From positions 64,001 to 128,000 of the forward strand of contig CAVZPM010000036.1 of the NCBI GenBank assembly GCA_963777155.1: a DNA stretch of 64,000 bases, written 5' to 3'. The translations under genes were made by a program, and so were the position numbers. This document shows, one piece after another, positions 43,052 through 53,189 of the stretch (within the stretch, counting starts at the first letter, position 1; each line of letters begins with the position of its first letter). The DNA comes from Candidatus Bathyarchaeota archaeon (GTDB taxonomy: Archaea; Thermoproteota; Bathyarchaeia; Bathyarchaeales; Bathycorpusculaceae). A model generated the notes under the pieces. That model was not told the DNA's origin, searched no databases, and saw only the letters and a program-made list of their open reading frames with translations.

Positions 43052-43909
43052 CTACTGCAAGAAGTCTTTTAGCCGCTTTTTTATGCTTACCACCCCTGCA
43101 GGACTTGGCACACTATCACTAACAACGACTTCTCTTGCCCCTGCAGCTCTAATCCTATCAAACGAACAACCCACAAGTAACCCATGAACTGAAGCACAAA
43201 TAATTCGTTTGGCTCCTCCCTTTTTACATACTTGGACAGCCTTAATCATTGTCTCTCCGCTAATAATCATATCATCAATCAAAATAACATCTCGACCAGC
43301 TATATCGGCATCGAGTTTCTCGGAAGTAATTTGCCTAAACGCAAGCGGTCCATAGATATATTCACCAAGGGTTTTTTCCATACTAACCCCCCCTAATTTT
43401 TCAACGAAGTGAGCGGCACCTTGATCTGGTGCAATAAAAACAGGGTTTGATACTCGTGGTCTAACATAATCTAATAAATCGTTAACAATCGATCGACTAT
43501 CAATATTTAAGCCGTTGATATTCTTTTTAATATCTCCTGGTTCTAAAAAATGACAATTAAATGTAATAAGCTCATCTAGGCCAGCGCAAGACAGTAATTT
43601 GACGATCATAGTCGCAGAATCAGTTTCTCCTGGTCTAGAAATCTCATCCTGCCTCGAGTAGGGAAGATATGGAATAATTGCAGTCACTTTTGCTGCAAAT
43701 GGTCTTACTGCGCTTAGAATTTGCAAAAACTGCAAAACGCGCGAATCTTGATCTGGGTAGCATCTATGTAAAATCACAACATGTTTTTCCTTTAATTTTG
43801 CTATCTCAGGAATGTAGATATAATTCTCGCAGTCATGGAATTTCTTTATCTCAATATTTGGCTCCGCGAGATCAAGACAATTTGGACTCACTAATAGAAA
43901 TTTTTCCAT
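43052..43909 (-). CDS. prs: Ribose-phosphate pyrophosphokinase (divergent)
   Basis: IPYLPYSRQD, IAPDQGA, VILIDDMIISGET, VHG; likely start at ATG 43909 (MEKFLL). Confidence 0.85.
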   Translation of the reverse strand: MEKFLLVSPNCLDLAEPNIEIKKFHDCENYIYIPEIAKLKEKHVVILHRCYPDQDSRVLQFLQILSAVRPFAAKVTAIIPYLPYSRQDEISRPGETDSATMIVKLLSCAGLDELITFNCHFLEPGDIKKNINGLNIDSRSIVNDLLDYVRPRVSNPVFIAPDQGAAHFVEKLGGVSMEKTLGEYIYGPLAFRQITSEKLDADIAGRDVILIDDMIISGETMIKAVQVCKKGGAKRIICASVHGLLVGCSFDRIRAAGAREVVVSDSVPSPAGVVSIKKRLKDFLQ

Positions 43910-44109
43910 GCCTCTAATTCGCTGGAAAAGTATAAAAAGCCTACTATGTTGGATTGGCAGAAAATAGGTCGTATGATACATATTCCAGCGATGATTTCTT
44001 GGTAGCGCTATGAAAACGATAATTGTCAAAGAGGGAATCTGCAGGTAACATCTCCTATATGGTAAGGGTTTAGAACCCAGCGGCTCACCACTTTTTGGTT
44101 CGGAAAATA

Positions 44110-44472
44110 TTACTTCTGAGGACGTTCGCGTTTTGCCTTTCGATTTAATGTTTTAATCGGCTCTAAGATGCATGCTGAGTAGGACCCTGGCACAATCAGT
44201 TCCATGAACTCGGCGCGCAAAGTCTTTTCTTCAGGTATCTCGCTGAACCCGCTTTCCCAACCTTCAATATTAGCTAAACTTTCAAAACCCCACAAGGCGG
44301 TGAATCCGCCGACTGAGCCACCGTATTTGTGTCTGAGAACTCGCAGAGACGTTACACCCCTGAAGAGACCTGGCTTCTTCTTCATCAAGGCAACTAGCTT
44401 TTTGCCCCACTCGTTATGCTCATCTAGTTTGTCAGGGTTAACAACATATGTTCTAGCGAGATAAACAGTCAT
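44110..44472 (-). CDS. Hypothetical dimeric alpha-beta barrel (NIPSNAP-like) protein
   Basis: 120 aa, TYVVNPDK...WGFESLA pattern. Confidence 0.55.
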   Translation of the reverse strand: MTVYLARTYVVNPDKLDEHNEWGKKLVALMKKKPGLFRGVTSLRVLRHKYGGSVGGFTALWGFESLANIEGWESGFSEIPEEKTLRAEFMELIVPGSYSACILEPIKTLNRKAKRERPQK

Positions 44473-44656
44473 ATCTGCTCCTCAAAATATAAGATACTCA
44501 GAGGATTAAAAAAATTCCGCATTGAATCAAGAGTAACTATTATTGTTAGGTGCGTTCAACTATAAAATCAATGGTTCACAGAAACCTTATATTCTCAAGC
44601 GAAGAAACTGCTAAGTCAGCCAACTATGGAAGTAAATTAGAAAGGATCGATTAACA

Positions 44657-45136
44657 ATGAGAATAGCGTTTGATCTTGATGGCGTGGTCTTGCATCAAGA
44701 AATGTATAGTCTAAAAGCAATTGATTCTTGCGAAAATGAACAAAAAAGATCAGAATTAATGAGGATTTACTATTCACATCGAAGCATTCAGCTAAACCCT
44801 GTCGATTTTCTCGCAGATGAGGACGAGTTATTTTTTATTACCGGTCGGTCAGTTTTGGTTGAAGATTTAACAAAGAAATGGGCAAAGAAGTACTTCCCAA
44901 TGGCAACGGTCATAGCAACACGAACAATACTTCCAAGCTCAGACAGCAATTTGATGACAAAGAATTATGTTAACGACGGGAAAAAGGAATGGGGATTAAT
45001 TCAGGCTGAGAGAAAAGCCAAAGCTCTTAATGACAATAATATCGACGTATTTTTCGAGGATGCTCCAGACGTCGTAAAGCATCTTAGGCGATTATGCAAG
45101 AGTACCAAGATTGTACAGTACGGCGGCAGGTTCTAA
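44657..45136 (+). CDS. HAD-superfamily hydrolase (nucleotidase-like)
   Basis: FDLDGV, ITGR, K, FFED motifs. Confidence 0.8.
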   Translation: MRIAFDLDGVVLHQEMYSLKAIDSCENEQKRSELMRIYYSHRSIQLNPVDFLADEDELFFITGRSVLVEDLTKKWAKKYFPMATVIATRTILPSSDSNLMTKNYVNDGKKEWGLIQAERKAKALNDNNIDVFFEDAPDVVKHLRRLCKSTKIVQYGGRF

Positions 45137-45420
45137 TTTTTTTGCCCAGGTTTTTTTATTTTTCCTTCTGTGAGCAGTTTTGTTTGGAGAGAAGAGGTAT
45201 TGACTGGATTGAACTTTGACTGGTTGATTTGTGTTGTTGAGGCAAAACGTAATTCCAAACTCTTCGCACATCGTCATTTTCATTAATGACTGTGAGTTTT
45301 GACATATCCTTTCAGTTAAGAGGATAAATTAAAAAATATTATGAGTTTTTTGAGAAACGTACTTAACTAATTTGTTAATTTCAGCGACATTCATCCTCAC
45401 TAAAATTTCATCCAAAAAAA

Positions 45421-45909
45421 TTAACGCCGTGGATGTTGGTTCTTTTTCATGTAAGCAAGCGTCTTAATATGTAACATCTCAAAGTGCTCACCAAACGTTT
45501 CGTCAGTCTTCTCTTTTCTAATTGCGAGAATCCAAGGTTCAAGTTTTTGCCAGTTAGAAACAATATAACTACCCAAACGGTCAACAATTAAGTCAATATC
45601 GACAAATCTTTTATTTACTAAAAACCCGACTTCTTCAAAGTAAGATTCCACTTGATAAGGGTAGTCAGTTACTTCAAACACCTTCGATACCTCATGGTTG
45701 TATTTCTCAATAGACTCAAAGACAAATTCCTTCTCAACCCATCTAAAGGCTTTTCTAAGGCTTTCAGTTTCTGCCCATTCAAACAACTTCATCGTTATCT
45801 CCAAGTCTCTATGTTTGGACATATGACGCAGCTCAAATAGAACAAAAACCACTCCGAGACCCGTTAATACTGCCGTTATAATTATAGCCCAATCAATAAT
45901 TGTGAACAT
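45421..45909 (-). CDS. DUF4760-like membrane protein
   Basis: N-terminal TM, YFEEVGFLV...D, FEML pattern. Confidence 0.6.
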   Translation of the reverse strand: MFTIIDWAIIITAVLTGLGVVFVLFELRHMSKHRDLEITMKLFEWAETESLRKAFRWVEKEFVFESIEKYNHEVSKVFEVTDYPYQVESYFEEVGFLVNKRFVDIDLIVDRLGSYIVSNWQKLEPWILAIRKEKTDETFGEHFEMLHIKTLAYMKKNQHPRR

Positions 45910-46156
45910 TTTTTTACCGTTAATATGTTTGGTGAGATATGTAATCTTCTATTATTAGAAATTTGCTAAAGCTAAATTGCAAACAGTGTGTTCATCTTGG
46001 TCGGTCAAAAAACATTCCGACTGTCGTATACTTGATTCCGACTATACTATTAGTCTAATGGTAATTCTATTAATTGTATGCTAAGTCGTGTCAACTGCGT
46101 AGCCTTATTTTTCTGTCGATCCAGAAATTAAGTAGGAAATAAAAAGAAGATAAGTC

Positions 46157-48316
46157 TTAGCTTAAGTCGATTCTTGCTATTTGTTCAAAGTTGTCTAAGC
46201 TGTTTAGTTGTACTCTTGTTTCGCTGAAGGTGTATAGCACGTTTTCTATGTATAGGGATCGGGTTATGAAGTGGTTGTAGTCAACCCATTGATAGGAGCT
46301 GCGGGTTATCAGAGCTGGGTCGTTCATCAGGGCTGCTGCGTTGTCCATTTGTGTGACGTTTCCTTGCAGTTCAAATCCGTTGGTTAAGCTTACTTTGAAT
46401 ATGTAGACACCTTGCCACACGAATTGTCCGTAGGTGTCGGGGGAACTTGATCCTGTGCCGATTCCTCCAACTTGAGTTGATGCTGTGAAGCCTGGAGTCG
46501 TCGCTGCTGGAGGCAGTGTTTTTTCGGGTACTCCGGTGATTATTGAAGTTGCAGTTTGATTTATCAAATACAGATCTACAGGTAGCACTAGTAGGCCTTT
46601 TGCGCTATCAAATAGGAAAGCTTTGGGCTCGTATAGGGCTTCGCTGCTGGTTCCTCGATCGCCAATATTGAATTTGGCTATTTCTTTTGGGTTATTTACG
46701 TCTGCAACGTCAAATATTGAAAGCTTCAAACCCAAATACCACGCAAAGTTCCCCTCTGAAGCTACGGCATCTTTGCCTAACCCAATCAGATGAGTCTCAT
46801 CGAATGGATGCAGATAGTCTGAGTAGCCTGGAATGACAAGTTCGCCTAGAAGTTTTGGATTGTTAGGTTGACTTAGGTCTATTACGAATAATGGGTCTGT
46901 TCTTTGGAAGGTTACTAAGTAGCATCGGTTGCCCATGAAACGGGCAGCATGGAAGTTTTCTCCTGTTCCTAGATTTTCGAGTTTGCCAACGGTTCGTAGG
47001 TTCATATCCAGCACGTAGATGTTGTTTTGCTGTGTTGAGGTGTAAGTTGCGGAATTGTAGTTGTAGGCTGTGGTGGCGATTCGGAAGTAATTGTTACTCT
47101 CGTCCATAGCATACTGGTTAAGTACGTTGCCTGTTACGTTTCCCTGAGCAGCAAACGTCATTGAAGACCCGGATATTGCTATTCGATAAATTGAAGTCTT
47201 CTCTTGCCATGTTTCTTGCGGTATACTACCTATTGGAGCTCCCCCAGTAGTTGCTGGTTCTCTTAGTAGTTGAGGGGTGTAGCTTGGATAGGTGACGTAT
47301 ATGTTGGTTTGTGAGACGTATATGGTTCCTGCGCCTCCCATCATAATTGTCATGTTTGAGGGGTTCTGATTGATGTTTTGCAGGTTAAAGGCCAGGAAAG
47401 TTGTGTAGGAATAGTAGCTGTCTGTGAAGTTTGTGTAGTAAATGTTGGCTGGTGCAATTTCAGACGTTTTAGCTCCAGAATTTATCATCGGCAATATTGG
47501 TGTATCATTCACCAGGTACGCGTTCTGGTTAACTATGGCATAGACGTATCCTTCGATCATTCTGGAGTTGACGTAGTTGCCAGTCATAGTGAAGTTACTT
47601 GCCAGTTCCGGGCGGTTTTTGTCTGTGACATCATAGATGTGAACAAAGGTTGTTCCGCTGTTCCAGTAAGGATACAAATCTGTTGAGAAACCAGGTTGAA
47701 GTTCTCCATTGTCAGTATAAACGTAGGGAACGTATTGGTTACCTAGCACGATGAGTTTGTTTGTGTTTTCGTTTAGGTAAATTCCTGATAAGTATGCGTT
47801 TTCGTAGGGTATTTTGTAGAGAACTTTGGCGTTTTGTGGGTTAGCATCCAAAATGTAGACTGTGTTGTTTCCAATCATGTAGATGTAGTTTCCATCTGTC
47901 TTGACCTTGTCTGCTTCATCTACGCCTGCAACTTGAATGTTAGTTGTAGAGTAATCCTTTGTGTTTGTTCCACCCAGACTTGACTCAGCTTGGCTCGGAA
48001 CAGCTGAGGGTGCCTGAGAAGAGAGTCCAAATCTTGCATCGTAGGAGCCAAAAGATGATGATCCCGTGCTTGTTTTCAGAAAATCCGCAAGAGCGCTGAC
48101 GGATGAAAAAGTCATCATCGAAGAGACTTGGGGATTATTGCTGTCGGGGTTTGGATTATTGTTATTGTTGTTGGAACCTGGATTGTTCAATGGACCCTGA
48201 TTAGGCGTCAATGACTCGTTATTAAAACTGTAGATTGATGCAACTAGCAAAACAGCTAGTAAAATTGCAGCTAAAGTGTAAATTGGCAGTTTCTTGTTAA
48301 TTTCTTTCTGAACCAT
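46157..48316 (-). CDS. Secreted beta-propeller domain protein (Beta_propel family)
   Basis: YSTTNIQVAGVDEADKVKTDG, LNQYAMDE, VTFQRTDPLFVIDL, IPGYSDYLHP. Confidence 0.9.
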   Translation of the reverse strand: MVQKEINKKLPIYTLAAILLAVLLVASIYSFNNESLTPNQGPLNNPGSNNNNNNPNPDSNNPQVSSMMTFSSVSALADFLKTSTGSSSFGSYDARFGLSSQAPSAVPSQAESSLGGTNTKDYSTTNIQVAGVDEADKVKTDGNYIYMIGNNTVYILDANPQNAKVLYKIPYENAYLSGIYLNENTNKLIVLGNQYVPYVYTDNGELQPGFSTDLYPYWNSGTTFVHIYDVTDKNRPELASNFTMTGNYVNSRMIEGYVYAIVNQNAYLVNDTPILPMINSGAKTSEIAPANIYYTNFTDSYYSYTTFLAFNLQNINQNPSNMTIMMGGAGTIYVSQTNIYVTYPSYTPQLLREPATTGGAPIGSIPQETWQEKTSIYRIAISGSSMTFAAQGNVTGNVLNQYAMDESNNYFRIATTAYNYNSATYTSTQQNNIYVLDMNLRTVGKLENLGTGENFHAARFMGNRCYLVTFQRTDPLFVIDLSQPNNPKLLGELVIPGYSDYLHPFDETHLIGLGKDAVASEGNFAWYLGLKLSIFDVADVNNPKEIAKFNIGDRGTSSEALYEPKAFLFDSAKGLLVLPVDLYLINQTATSIITGVPEKTLPPAATTPGFTASTQVGGIGTGSSSPDTYGQFVWQGVYIFKVSLTNGFELQGNVTQMDNAAALMNDPALITRSSYQWVDYNHFITRSLYIENVLYTFSETRVQLNSLDNFEQIARIDLS

Positions 48317-48377
48317 AACTTATGCCTCACTCATAGAGTAGGAGTGGTTGTCTTATTATGCTATGTTTGAGAACACG

Positions 48378-48398
48378 CTGTACTATTAGTTAGTACAG
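48378..48398. promoter_or_regulatory. Palindromic operator-like site
   Basis: CTGTACTA-ttagt-TAGTACAG, a perfect 8-bp inverted repeat about 60 nt upstream of the beta-propeller gene. Confidence 0.45.
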
Positions 48399-48611
48399 AA
48401 GCGCATTCTATGGGGGTTTTGGGAAGTTTTGCCCGTTCGCGTGTCCACGATTTTGTGTACGGCGATTAAGATTGGTGTTTAACAACCTTTAATTCCCTCC
48501 CCTACAACGTGTAGTGTATCTTAATAGAGGCTAAACAATGTCATGTCGGAACTCTATAAGCCATTCAAGCACATCTTCTAAAGAATTACAATTCCTCGGA
48601 GGATTTGAATA

Positions 48612-48788
48612 ATGCAGGAAACATCGCTCACAGAGGAAAACCTCGACTCGACCCATTGCAAGCATTGTGCATACTTCAATGCAGCCTATTCTTACTGCAA
48701 CAAGTTCCATAGAGAAACCGCCGAATGGCTCAAATGCCCAATAATTGATACCAGCATTTCCCCAAGAAAATGTCAAACTACATATTAA
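48612..48788 (+). CDS. Possible Cys-rich microprotein (58 aa)
   Basis: GGAGG upstream; MQETSL...HCKHCAYF...YCNKFH...KCP...KCQTTY. Confidence 0.4.
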   Translation: MQETSLTEENLDSTHCKHCAYFNAAYSYCNKFHRETAEWLKCPIIDTSISPRKCQTTY

Positions 48789-49003
48789 CAAGCAATCCTC
48801 AGATCATTAGAGGTAACATGAAGAATTGGAAAACGCTCGTTTTAGTCACGCAAACCAAGGAAAGGGCATTACAAGAATAAACAACGAAATATGGGCAGCC
48901 TCAGTCGCAAACGCATCACCGTTTCTTTGTGGTATGTGGGTGTGCCCATCTAATGGCAACATTTATGTGGGTAGAATTGCATTATAAATGTGGGTGCAAC
49001 GTA

Positions 49004-49225
49004 GTGGGAAAAGCTAAAATGGATGAGCGAGGCAGAATCCTGATTCCACTCGACCAACGTGAGAAGCTTGGTTTGAAAACTGGAACCGAATTTGACTTAA
49101 TTCGCCAAGACGGCGTCTTAGTTTTGAAGCCCCTGCTTGCTGAGCCACTACGAGTTGAAGGCAGCCACCGTAAATGGGGCAAAGAAGCATTCTTGGATTC
49201 TGGAGAAGCAACGTTTGGCGAGTAG
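49004..49225 (+). CDS. AbrB/MazE/SpoVT-family antitoxin
   Basis: KMDERGRILIP...REKLGLKTG; GTG start at 49004 preferred. Confidence 0.85.
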   Translation: MGKAKMDERGRILIPLDQREKLGLKTGTEFDLIRQDGVLVLKPLLAEPLRVEGSHRKWGKEAFLDSGEATFGE

Positions 49226-49226
49226 T

Positions 49227-49700
49227 GTGGATTTTGTGGAGAAACGGGTTTTTGACCTTAACATTTTAGCAGTTTTTCTAGTGAAAGGACATCCTGGCTT
49301 TGAGTTTGTTTCACCGGTCGTAGAAGAGGGCTTAAGAGGAGCATACATTCCGTTGATAATGGATTTTTTGCCTATGCGTGCTTATTGGATAATGACTCAG
49401 CGGTGGAATCTTCCTCAAAAGGACTGCGCAGCTTCAATTGAACATTTCTTAAAGACATACAATATGCCACGCTACCCAAGCTTGAGTCGAGAAACAATTC
49501 TTGAGGGTTTTCGGTTGGCAAAAGATTTAAAACATGATGTTTTCGACTGCATGTACCTTGCACTTGCATTACAAGAGAAAGCAGTCGCGATAGTAACTAC
49601 TGACACTGATTTTGAAAAGCTCTGCAACCATGTGGGCTTAAAGTACATTAACCCAGTGCCAAGAGAAGTACTCAAACATTTCAAAGAACAAAACAAGTAA
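49227..49700 (+). CDS. vapC: PIN-domain (VapC) toxin
   Basis: VFDLNIL, VFDCMYLALA, TTDTDF; directly after the antitoxin. Confidence 0.85.
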   Translation: MDFVEKRVFDLNILAVFLVKGHPGFEFVSPVVEEGLRGAYIPLIMDFLPMRAYWIMTQRWNLPQKDCAASIEHFLKTYNMPRYPSLSRETILEGFRLAKDLKHDVFDCMYLALALQEKAVAIVTTDTDFEKLCNHVGLKYINPVPREVLKHFKEQNK

Positions 49701-49872
49701 GCACTCAACCGACACCCTCATCGGGTTTCACACCATAAAGAATATAGAATGTTTATTCTGAATCAGAAATACCCCAACGACAAACATTTGTGGCTCGTGT
49801 TTTTTGGTTGTGCAAGTGTTACTTTAGAGTAAAATATTTTATATTATCAATAGATAGTATATAGCGATAAGA

Positions 49873-51057
49873 ATGAATATCGATCAGAAGAAAATTGCCA
49901 CAATACACGATTTCTACTTAGACTTTAAAACAATGTCTGATCAGCTTCGATGTCTCAAAGAAAAGTTTCCTTCAGGCTTAATTATACCGATTCTTGGGCG
50001 TGATATTGAAAGTCCAGGGTTGAAGAAGATTGTTGATGAAATAAATCAATGCGATTATTTGAGCAAGGTTCTTGTAGCTTTTTCATCCACAGGACCCGGT
50101 GATTATGAAGAAGCTTTGAGGTTAAGTCGGTCATTTAAGGTTCCGTGCGAAGTGGTTTGGTGCAACAAACCTGAAGTGATAACTGTTTTGGAAGAACTTA
50201 AAAGAAAAGGTCTCGATGTTACTCAGTTATCTGGGAAAGGCAAAGACGTATGGATAGCAATGGGTATAGCCTCACTTGATCTTTTTGCTTTTGCTGTACA
50301 TGATGCCGATATTGTATCGTACACCAGAATGCTGCCCACGAAGCTGCTATACCCCGTTATTGAACCTAAACTTGACTTTTTCTTTTCGAAAGGATATTAT
50401 GCGCGTATTGATGAAACTAGAAAAAAGTTGTATGGTAGGATTCACAGGTTATTTATCAATCCTTTGCTAGAGGTTCTCCAGGAGAAACTTCGCTATTCAA
50501 GATTTCTATTGTATTTGCAGTCCTTTAGTTATCCGCTTGCAGGTGAAATGGCGCTCTACAGCGACTTAGCCACGCATCTTAGAGTACCCAGTGATTGGGG
50601 GCTTGAATTGGGATTGCTCTCTGAGGTTTATAGGAATGCTTCTTTTGGCCGCATTTGCCAAATTGACCTTGGATTCTACGATCATAGGCATAAGCAGATT
50701 GAAGCTAACGAGTTAATGACAACCGCTGAAGATAGTTTTGTAACTCTATTGAGAACCTTAACCGAAACCGAAAACATAGATGTCTCTGAACCTTTCTTAA
50801 CCAGTCTTTATGTGGCTTATAGGCGGTTGGCGCAGGATAAAATAAGGCAGTATCACGCCGATGCAACATGCAATAATCTTGAGTTTGATAGGCATGAAGA
50901 AGAGGTTTCCGTAGACGCATTGTCTTCAGTCATTATTTCAGGCGGAAAAAAATATTTGAATAATCCAGTAAAAGCTCAATTGCCCGATTGGTTAAGAACT
51001 ATGGCCGCTATGCCTGATATCCGAGAAAGGCTCAGGGAAGAAGCGATTGAAGCCTGA
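49873..51057 (+). CDS. gpgS: Glucosyl-3-phosphoglycerate synthase
   Basis: IATIHD, GKGKDVW, HDADI, KGYYAR, YPLAGE, DWGLE, YDHRH; adjacent to a cognate phosphatase. Confidence 0.82.
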   Translation: MNIDQKKIATIHDFYLDFKTMSDQLRCLKEKFPSGLIIPILGRDIESPGLKKIVDEINQCDYLSKVLVAFSSTGPGDYEEALRLSRSFKVPCEVVWCNKPEVITVLEELKRKGLDVTQLSGKGKDVWIAMGIASLDLFAFAVHDADIVSYTRMLPTKLLYPVIEPKLDFFFSKGYYARIDETRKKLYGRIHRLFINPLLEVLQEKLRYSRFLLYLQSFSYPLAGEMALYSDLATHLRVPSDWGLELGLLSEVYRNASFGRICQIDLGFYDHRHKQIEANELMTTAEDSFVTLLRTLTETENIDVSEPFLTSLYVAYRRLAQDKIRQYHADATCNNLEFDRHEEEVSVDALSSVIISGGKKYLNNPVKAQLPDWLRTMAAMPDIRERLREEAIEA

Positions 51058-51061
51058 AGGT

Positions 51062-51817
51062 ATGAAGACTATCGTTTTCGCAGACCTTGATGGAAGTCTC
51101 TTAAACGACAAGTATGAATATGATCAAATAGAACCAATTATTCATCAACTTCTATCCTTAAATGTCGCCATTGTTTTTGCAAGTAGTAAAACAAGAAACG
51201 AAATTGATTTTTACAGAGATAAATTGCAGATAACAGATCCATTTATAATAGAAAACGGTTCAGCGATCCTAATACCTGAGAATTATTTCGGGATAAATTA
51301 TGAATTTACAAGGACTGTGAAAGGCTACAACATAATTGAACTAGGTACAAAGTACAGTAATATCCGTGAAAAAATAGAAATTGTAAGATATCGCACTGGC
51401 GCTAATATTGTGGGGTTTGGAGATATATCTGCCGAAGAGATTGCAAAAGACAGCGGGTTGCCCCTTTCTTTGGCGCAACTTGCTAAAAAAAGAGAATATA
51501 GTGAACCATTCAAAATTCTGGATGGAAAAGAGAAAGAAGTCTTGGACGCAATTAGCGGTGAGGGTCTTTGTTTTACCAGGGGTGGAAGATATCTGCACGC
51601 GTTGGGAAATTGTGATAAAGGAAAAGCAACGTCAATTCTAAAAAACCTCTATTTACAGCAGTTTAAAAAGATCTTCAGTATCGGTGTTGGAGATAGCGCT
51701 AATGATTTGACTATGCTAAAAATTGTTGATAAGCCCTTTTTCGTAAATAAAACAGCTGATAAAAAAGCCGTTTGGAAAGAAATCGAGTCAATTGCACGAG
51801 CCCGACAGATTTCTTGA
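51062..51817 (+). CDS. gpgP: Glucosyl/mannosyl-3-phosphoglycerate phosphatase (HAD IIB)
   Basis: DLDGSL, SSKT, ENG, REYSEP, GGR, DKGKA, GDSAND. Confidence 0.88.
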   Translation: MKTIVFADLDGSLLNDKYEYDQIEPIIHQLLSLNVAIVFASSKTRNEIDFYRDKLQITDPFIIENGSAILIPENYFGINYEFTRTVKGYNIIELGTKYSNIREKIEIVRYRTGANIVGFGDISAEEIAKDSGLPLSLAQLAKKREYSEPFKILDGKEKEVLDAISGEGLCFTRGGRYLHALGNCDKGKATSILKNLYLQQFKKIFSIGVGDSANDLTMLKIVDKPFFVNKTADKKAVWKEIESIARARQIS

Positions 51818-51822
51818 AATAA

Positions 51823-53055
51823 TTAATATTTGCCAATCAAATAGGGCTTGAGTTTCTCAAAGGTTTTTACTTCTTCAACAATTTTTTCTTCGCACTCTTC
51901 TCGACTTTTATCCCAAGTTTCTTTTAGAAAAACAGCTACTCTTCCAATCCAAAGCACCCTTAACGCATCTATTAATCTCTCCCTGAAGAATGTTGGAGTT
52001 TTATGGAATTCGGCGATAAAAGAGTAAACTGTTTTTGCCCATATTTCGGAGGGAAATTCAATATTGGAGGTTTCTAAAAGCTGAAGCTCCGAGAATTTAC
52101 GTTGAATATCCTGATCCAAAATTGAGCTGTATATATCTAAGTAAAAGGGATATTTGTTTTTGAACGCCTCTATAGTTTTGGGTAAGGAAACTTCAATTGT
52201 CTCACTAGTATCTTTATATTTGGCTTCTCCGGACATTGGCGTTTTAGAAATGCCATTTATTTCCTTCCAGACTGACTCGTACTGTTCTATGCATGTGAAC
52301 ATTGTGTTAATTACTTGACGGAACATGGAAGCTAGTTGGCTGGAAGGATCTTTAGCGTCATGATTCTTCACTCCCAAGAGTGCTTGCTTAACTTCATATC
52401 CCTTGGCTAAAGCAGTTAGAGTTTCAAAAATATCGATGCCAAAACGGTTAACATCTGGAAGTTCCCACAGAGGAGAATTCAAAATGTCTTCCACCAGTTC
52501 GATTGAAAATCCAAAGTCTCCCCCTATCGGTTGTCTGATATCTTTGCCGAAAAGGGTCGCCGTTATTGGATAACATAAGAAGTTGGTTATTGTTCCGTCG
52601 TATTTGTATCGGTTGTAGTAGGGTGCTACAAAACCTGTTCCCGTCATTGTGGGGGCAATTAACAGTTGCATCCATTCTGGAGTTATGCTGCGCAAATCTG
52701 AATCTACAAGCGCTACACTTTTAACTTTGAGATGGCTGGCGGCCTCAAAGATAGCTCTAATCGCCCTTCCTTTTCCTGATATTCCAATGTAGATTGCCGG
52801 GATCAATTTTACTTCGGAAGGCAAATAAACTTTTTTTATTGAATACAACGTCTTGTCTTTTGAGTTTCCGTCTGCGACAAAAATTACTGACTTCAAATTT
52901 GGGAAGTAAGTGTCTAGACCCTTGGTTACTTGAGAGATAACGTAACTTGCTGTCAGGACATTGTTGAAAGAAGGAATTCCCACCAAGATATCTGCTTTTT
53001 CTATGTCATGTAAATACACTTGGGCGTCCAACGATAATGCGGAGTCTTCAATCAT
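51823..53055 (-). CDS. Single-step glucosylglycerate/mannosylglycerate synthase-like glycosyltransferase
   Basis: LVGIPSFNN, GKGRA, VDSDL, YNRYKYDGTITN, RQPIGGDF, FGIDI; ATG 53055 with GGTGG upstream. Confidence 0.78.
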   Translation of the reverse strand: MIEDSALSLDAQVYLHDIEKADILVGIPSFNNVLTASYVISQVTKGLDTYFPNLKSVIFVADGNSKDKTLYSIKKVYLPSEVKLIPAIYIGISGKGRAIRAIFEAASHLKVKSVALVDSDLRSITPEWMQLLIAPTMTGTGFVAPYYNRYKYDGTITNFLCYPITATLFGKDIRQPIGGDFGFSIELVEDILNSPLWELPDVNRFGIDIFETLTALAKGYEVKQALLGVKNHDAKDPSSQLASMFRQVINTMFTCIEQYESVWKEINGISKTPMSGEAKYKDTSETIEVSLPKTIEAFKNKYPFYLDIYSSILDQDIQRKFSELQLLETSNIEFPSEIWAKTVYSFIAEFHKTPTFFRERLIDALRVLWIGRVAVFLKETWDKSREECEEKIVEEVKTFEKLKPYLIGKY

Positions 53056-53189
53056 ACTTGTTCCACCAACATTGTGCATGGATTCTAAAATAGGATTCGC
53101 TAAGAATTCCACTCTTGGATACCTGATTCTTCAAAAGGGTATTGAAACTTCCAAAAAAGTTTGCTGTAACCCAAGGTCATGGAGCTAAA

